A model generated the notes under the pieces. The model ran no database searches. It was not told the origin of the DNA and saw only the letters and a list, made by a program, of their open reading frames with translations. The translations under genes were made by a program, and so were the position numbers. Positions 58,531 through 64,000 of a DNA stretch of 64,000 nt are shown here, in pieces. Source of the DNA: Paraspadella gotoi (taxonomy: Eukaryota; Animalia; Chaetognatha); NCBI GenBank assembly GCA_051294375.1, contig CM119264.1:25854450-25918449 (forward strand). Direction: 5' to 3'. How positions within the stretch are numbered: the first letter of the stretch is position 1; every line of letters begins with the position of its first letter.

Positions 58531-61343
58531 ACGTACCATCATGTTCTTCAATTTTCGCAGTAGGCTATATTTATATATAATACAATCTTTATAAAATCGA
58601 AGAAATTTAGAATAGACTTTTCTTAATTTTGATTGCAGATTTGAATTCCTCGTCAAAATTCTTTCATTAAGTGGGTTAAAAATTAAAAAAATATATAAAT
58701 TTTAATTTTCAGCTTAAGATATAGGTTTTTTATATTTTATCAACTTAATCTGCAAAAAAATCTTACAAAAAACTATTTAAAAATTTTAACATTTATTGGA
58801 TTAGTACTAGTATAAATATGGCCTACTGCGTAAATTGTAAAATTTATTATAATTTTTTTTATACACAACTGTTTATTAGTATAATGTTGTTCGTTCCTCA
58901 CTTTTAGAATTTTAATTAAAGTTAAATATAGAATTTTTACTACGCTTTACTCTTCAGCCTTACATAGCGCCAAATCCACATATATATGTATTTTACAATA
59001 TCATCGGCGTGGAACGAAAACAAACACCAAGAGCAGGGTTTGCCCCAGGATATGTTAAATATCAACCTTTACAAAAGTTATATGAAATGGTTTGATATTT
59101 TTAATGTTTGAGATATAAAAAGAAAATCCATCCTCCATCCGTTATTAGATAAAAATGTCCAAAAAAAAACATAATTGTAAAGGTGTTTTTGATATGTTTT
59201 TTAATTAATTGACGATTGACAAATTGTACAATTTGTACACTAAAATTTTAAATTATGATATCAATTTTAAAATTCCATTTTCTCAAATTGCCATTTGGTG
59301 GTCGGTCATGGGAGTTTAAAATTTTCAAGAACTATTCCCACATGAGCTAAAACCTTGGCCTTACAAGTTGAGATAGGAAGCGGTATCCAAATGCACTATT
59401 ACATTCAGAAAGTTCAAAGGGTAGTAAAATTATGTCATTGCAATATACTGACAGTTTATTGCAAGGACATAATTTTACTGTATTGATATCAGTTTGCTTC
59501 CTTGTTTCTCATGCTAAAGAAACGGCTGTTCATTTGTTTTTTCTCAGTTTGCCGTGAAGAGGCAAGTGCAGTTCTGCTTTCTATAGTTAAAAAGATTTAT
59601 TATCAAAATTAAACAAAAGAGAGAAACTTGATAAGCGTTTCACGAACTATTAATCTAACTATTAAATTAGGTTAACAAGGAACGTATGTAGAAAATCCAA
59701 ATTTAAAAAAAAAAGATTTCAAACGGGGAACCACAAATTCGTAAAAAAAAATAAACAAAAACCTCGCTTTGAATTCATGCCATTTCTTTATAAATCTCCT
59801 TCAAATTTTAATGGGAACAGCATTAAACAAATCCATTATTGGTATTAGTTATTGTGTTAAAATATATTTTTTGTAAAAATGTTCCAAACCATTAATTAAT
59901 CGCTAATTAAAATTATTATATTGCTATATAATGTCAGAAATTTTTTTTTGATATTTTAAGTTTTTTTTAATTGATTCTGATAGAGCTCAAAAAGTTAAGC
60001 AACAAATGTAATTACAACTTTTTAAAATTTTGATATTTTATTACTGAAAACTAGGAAAAACTGCTAAAATCATCGGATGATGATGATGATGAGGATGATG
60101 ATGACTCATTTTAGGAAAAAAACTTAAAAATATTAATGCCATTCAAGTTTTTAATTTTTTTTTTTTGAAAAAATTTCTTCAATATCCAGGCATCTTCCTG
60201 TAAAAATCTAAACCCATTTAGCTAATAAATGAAAAAGTTATTCCATGTACAGACTTAGGACATTCTAGGTTTCCGGTACTATAAATAAAATTTATGCATG
60301 TATAAAAAGTTTTATAGTATCCTACCTTTATACCAAATATAGATTTACGTAATTAATCAAATATCATATAAGTTATAAACTTGTAAAAGTATGTGGTCCA
60401 CCTACCAACCCAAAAAGAGAATTAAAAAGTGGCTCTCCAAATATTCGCGCCAATAAAAGATAAAGAGAAAAAGAGATAAGAAATGAAAAAGATTCTCGAC
60501 GAAGTCTGAGTTAAAAAGATTCGAAAAGTCGGAACTCAATTCAAATTCGCGGTTCCTTTTTACCCCCGATTGAATCGGCACTGAGTGCACAAGAATGAGA
60601 CGGGATACGTTTCTCTACCTTTGGGCTACATAAAAAAAAAGGGTCATCAAATTTTTCCTAATGACAGTTTTTTATTAAATAATTTTAAAATTAGCTATAC
60701 AAAATCAATAAAATAAAATCTAAAAGATTAGAAAATGGTTTAAAATTTTTAAAAATTAAAAAAAATTATGCTTCATCTATAAATAATAAATCAAACAGTT
60801 TATTTGTAATTAATTTTTCTTTATTAAAATATTCTTTTAACTTTTTTTAAATAATTTAAAGTTAAAAAAAATTATACTGTGCCAAATGATTGAAGAAAAA
60901 AAATTTAATATAAGGGACTAACCTGCTTAATATAGGCCTTTATATACATATATAATATTTTTTTTATGATTATGTTTTGATATAGAAAATTAATTCGTTC
61001 GACTGACCGACCGAAAAATGTTTTTCCTCGGTATTTGCTCACCTCAGACTGGAACGCTGAATGCTTCACCAACTGGTCAGTGGTCACTGGTCAGCGTCTT
61101 CGTCTCGAAAAGTCACAATCCTCATCAGTCATCACCGTCATCATTTTCTTCGTCATGACCATCGCAGTTGTCAGTAACGTGACCCAAGTCTTCACATATA
61201 TATCATAATTATTAGACTTCCCTCTGGCCAGTCATGTGACCTCATTACTCTCATCTCTGCGGTGAGACTCACATTTTCCGTGATACTTTCTCCGCCTTCC
61301 ATTTGCTCGACATTTTCATTCTGTCTATCTCTCTCTCTGTCTT

Positions 61344-61447
<104 letters not shown>

Positions 61448-61489
61448 CTGCCTTTCGCGCTAGAAACATCTGGTTTTGTGATTTCATCG

Positions 61490-61521
<32 letters not shown>

Positions 61522-62356
61522 CTTCCGTTTATTTACGTCTACATCATTAGTAAAGACAAAGTTATTTCTTTTATCACAGTTTATTACTGAGTCGAAGGCG
61601 ACACGAACAGTCGACCTAAAGTTTTGATATTCATGATGACTTTTCGCAAAGACTATTATCTCTGTAGTATCACTAAGAAAGTACATAAGAACAATAAAAC
61701 AATTTTAATAACCGGTTTCGAAGTGATTTAAAATAACCAATGTTTTGAATTTTTCCTCAAGTCACCGCTCTTACTATCTTTCAACACGGATTCGTCTGTC
61801 ATCACATTCATCACCCAAAACAAAGCGAAGTCGTCGTCGTCTTCATCGTCGTCGTCTTCATCGTCGTCGTCGTCGTCGCCGTCGTCAGTAACGAAGTCAA
61901 AGACCTTTTCAAAAAAATGGAGTTTTAAATTTCAAGTTTCTACCACAGCTTGTGATCTCAACTCTTGAATCTCAAATTTCGCTTTTAATATCTCTTCTTT
62001 AAAAGACTTATATCTCTCTTTTCCATTTCCTGGGAAGCAAATACTTTTCAGGGTGCAATATTACGAGATATTAAAACTTAAAACCGGTTTTAGTACATTA
62101 ATAAAAAAATTCCAGCATCCGGACTTTCAACTCTAGTCCATTTTAATATTTATCCATATCAATTCTAAATAAACATATTTTCTCCATCCCCATTTTCAGC
62201 TAAACTTTCAATTTTCTCAAATTTTAACTCAAAAACTCAAATCTACTCAAAAAAACCTAAATCTTCAAAAAAATTTAAAAAAAAAAAAACGCAAAGAAGT
62301 TGTGGTCTTCAATCGTTTCATTCCGTTGGTCCCTAAAAGAGTTGGAAACCGGATTC

Positions 62357-62407
<51 letters not shown>

Positions 62408-62618
62408 CTGTTTTTTCTCTCCCCTTTGCTTTCGTCAGTCATTTGCAAGATTTTTAACTGATTTTCTCGGGATTATTTTCTGTTTTTTTTCTGTTTCTCC
62501 TGTTTTTTCTGGGTTTTCTTTGCGCAATAGAATTACCAACTGCCTCCATTTCGCCTTGCAATGTCAAATCGGACGAAATGCATTCTTTTTTTACAGCCTT
62601 TGAAAGATTTGGTAAAAA

Positions 62619-62818
62619 TTAGAGCAATAAATCAACAGGTTGTCTTTCAGTAAATTTGACAAACGGATTCTTTGACACATCAAGAATCGAAACTGGCTTC
62701 GGCTCTGGTTGAACCTTTGACTGAACCCGTTCATCTTTTGAGTTCCTCGACTTAGCGACTGTTGTCATCATTGCACGAACGTTATTCCTCTGCCAATGGA
62801 AACTCTTGGTCGTTTTCG
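62619..62818 (-). CDS. Possible terminal exon of an unidentified minus-strand gene
   Basis: Non-repetitive open frame KTTKSFHWQRNNVRAMMTTVAKSRNSKDERVQSKVQPEPKPVSILDVSKNPFVKFTERQPVDLLL* after a T-tract...GAAG acceptor. No recognisable domain; frame and upstream exons uncertain. Confidence 0.22.
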
Positions 62819-63049
62819 CTTCGCAAAAAAAAAATATATATATAATCGCCAAAACACAATTGACTTATTTCGCGGATTTTTTTAATAGTTTTCCGGTGGA
62901 TGCTGATTCATCAATAGAATGTAATTTATTTGTTCTTGCATACTTTAATAACAAAGAAAGGACAATATGTTTTATATTATTCTCATCTCATGTCCAACCG
63001 GAATTCCTGAGTTCCCATGCGACGGTTTAAATGTCGCATTATGTATCCG

Positions 63050-63083
<34 letters not shown>

Positions 63084-63452
63084 GTTTATTATCCGAACCG
63101 AATAAAATGAGATTTAAAAGAGCTGGAAAAATCTCAAAATAAACACCAAAAAGGAGGATTAATGTAGTAAATCGAAGGTTTCTAACATTTTTCCCTCTCC
63201 TTTATTTTTTTAAATTTTTCTCCTATTTTTTGAAGTATTTCATTTCCTTTATTCTTTTTTTTTCCTTTTTTTTTCCTTATTTACAAAATTTTTGTTGTCC
63301 TTTTTTGTATTTTTCATTTTTATATCTACTTTTTTCCTTTCTTTCCCTGGTAGCCCCGATGGAATTCTTTGCGATCAAGTTTCGTGCTTTGGGCGGATGA
63401 AGAACTTCTCTTATATAATTCTCATCTCTCTTCGTCATCTGTTATTCGCTCA

Positions 63453-63498
<46 letters not shown>

Positions 63499-64000
63499 GT
63501 CAATTTTTATTACTCTAATTTCCTCGTTCATTTCCATCCTGTCATTTTTTTCCTTATTCTTAAATTTTGAATCTGGAATTTTCTTTGAGTTTAAATGTTT
63601 TCGTTTTTTTTTTTTGTTTTTTTTTTTTCTTCGATCGTACCGTAATTTTTCATGAAATTTAAAAAAAGAAAAGACAAAAAAGTTCTCGCGATTAAACTCC
63701 GATATCTGTCCCAAAACCCAATCTGGTTTCCTTTGACAATTTCGTTCCCTCGCCCTTAAAATCCCGATCAACTTTCTTTTTTTTTTCCTTTTCTTTATTT
63801 TTGGATCGACAAACAAAATTGGAAAATCGGTAATGTAATTAAAAATCCTTCGTCGTAGAATCAGGATTGAGGACCGCCCGAACTTTTCAACTTTTCCCGT
63901 CGCCAATTCACTTCTTCATTTTTTTTTATCCGGGAGAAGAAGTTCGACCGAAAGAGAACGATAGAGCACGAGACGCCCCTGAAGTCAGAACAAAAAAAAA

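Overview
This is eukaryotic (animal) genomic DNA, not prokaryotic. It is AT-rich, not obviously CpG-depleted, full of (AG)n/(ACG)n/(GAAA)n microsatellites, and has six N-gaps; almost all ORF-track entries are microsatellite artefacts. Two complete spliced genes could be rebuilt by hand with GT-AG junctions and consistent phases. The first is a 6-exon, 189-aa type I membrane protein (signal peptide, two LDL-receptor class A modules, TM helix, acidic tail) at 12246-17544 (+). The second is a 9-exon, 678-aa CCDC63/ODAD1(CCDC114)-family outer dynein arm docking protein at 18871-22948 (+), with an RFX X-box upstream. A probable first exon of a secreted or surface protein lies on the minus strand at the window start. 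Mobile DNA includes two independent solo LTRs (TG..CA, different 5-bp TSDs), a Penelope-like hairpin insertion with a minimal hammerhead ribozyme core, a 209-bp structured insertion with a 9-bp TSD, and tRNA-derived SINE-like fragments. A 22-bp minisatellite consists of copies of an exon/intron junction, including the splice donor. The region 23-62 kb has no recognisable coding exon but contains islands of homeodomain, RFX and E-box motifs, plus a ~2-kb tandem duplication that is probably an assembly artefact. No database search was run; family assignments come from motif recognition. I found no clearly new biological system, only several unusual elements worth testing.
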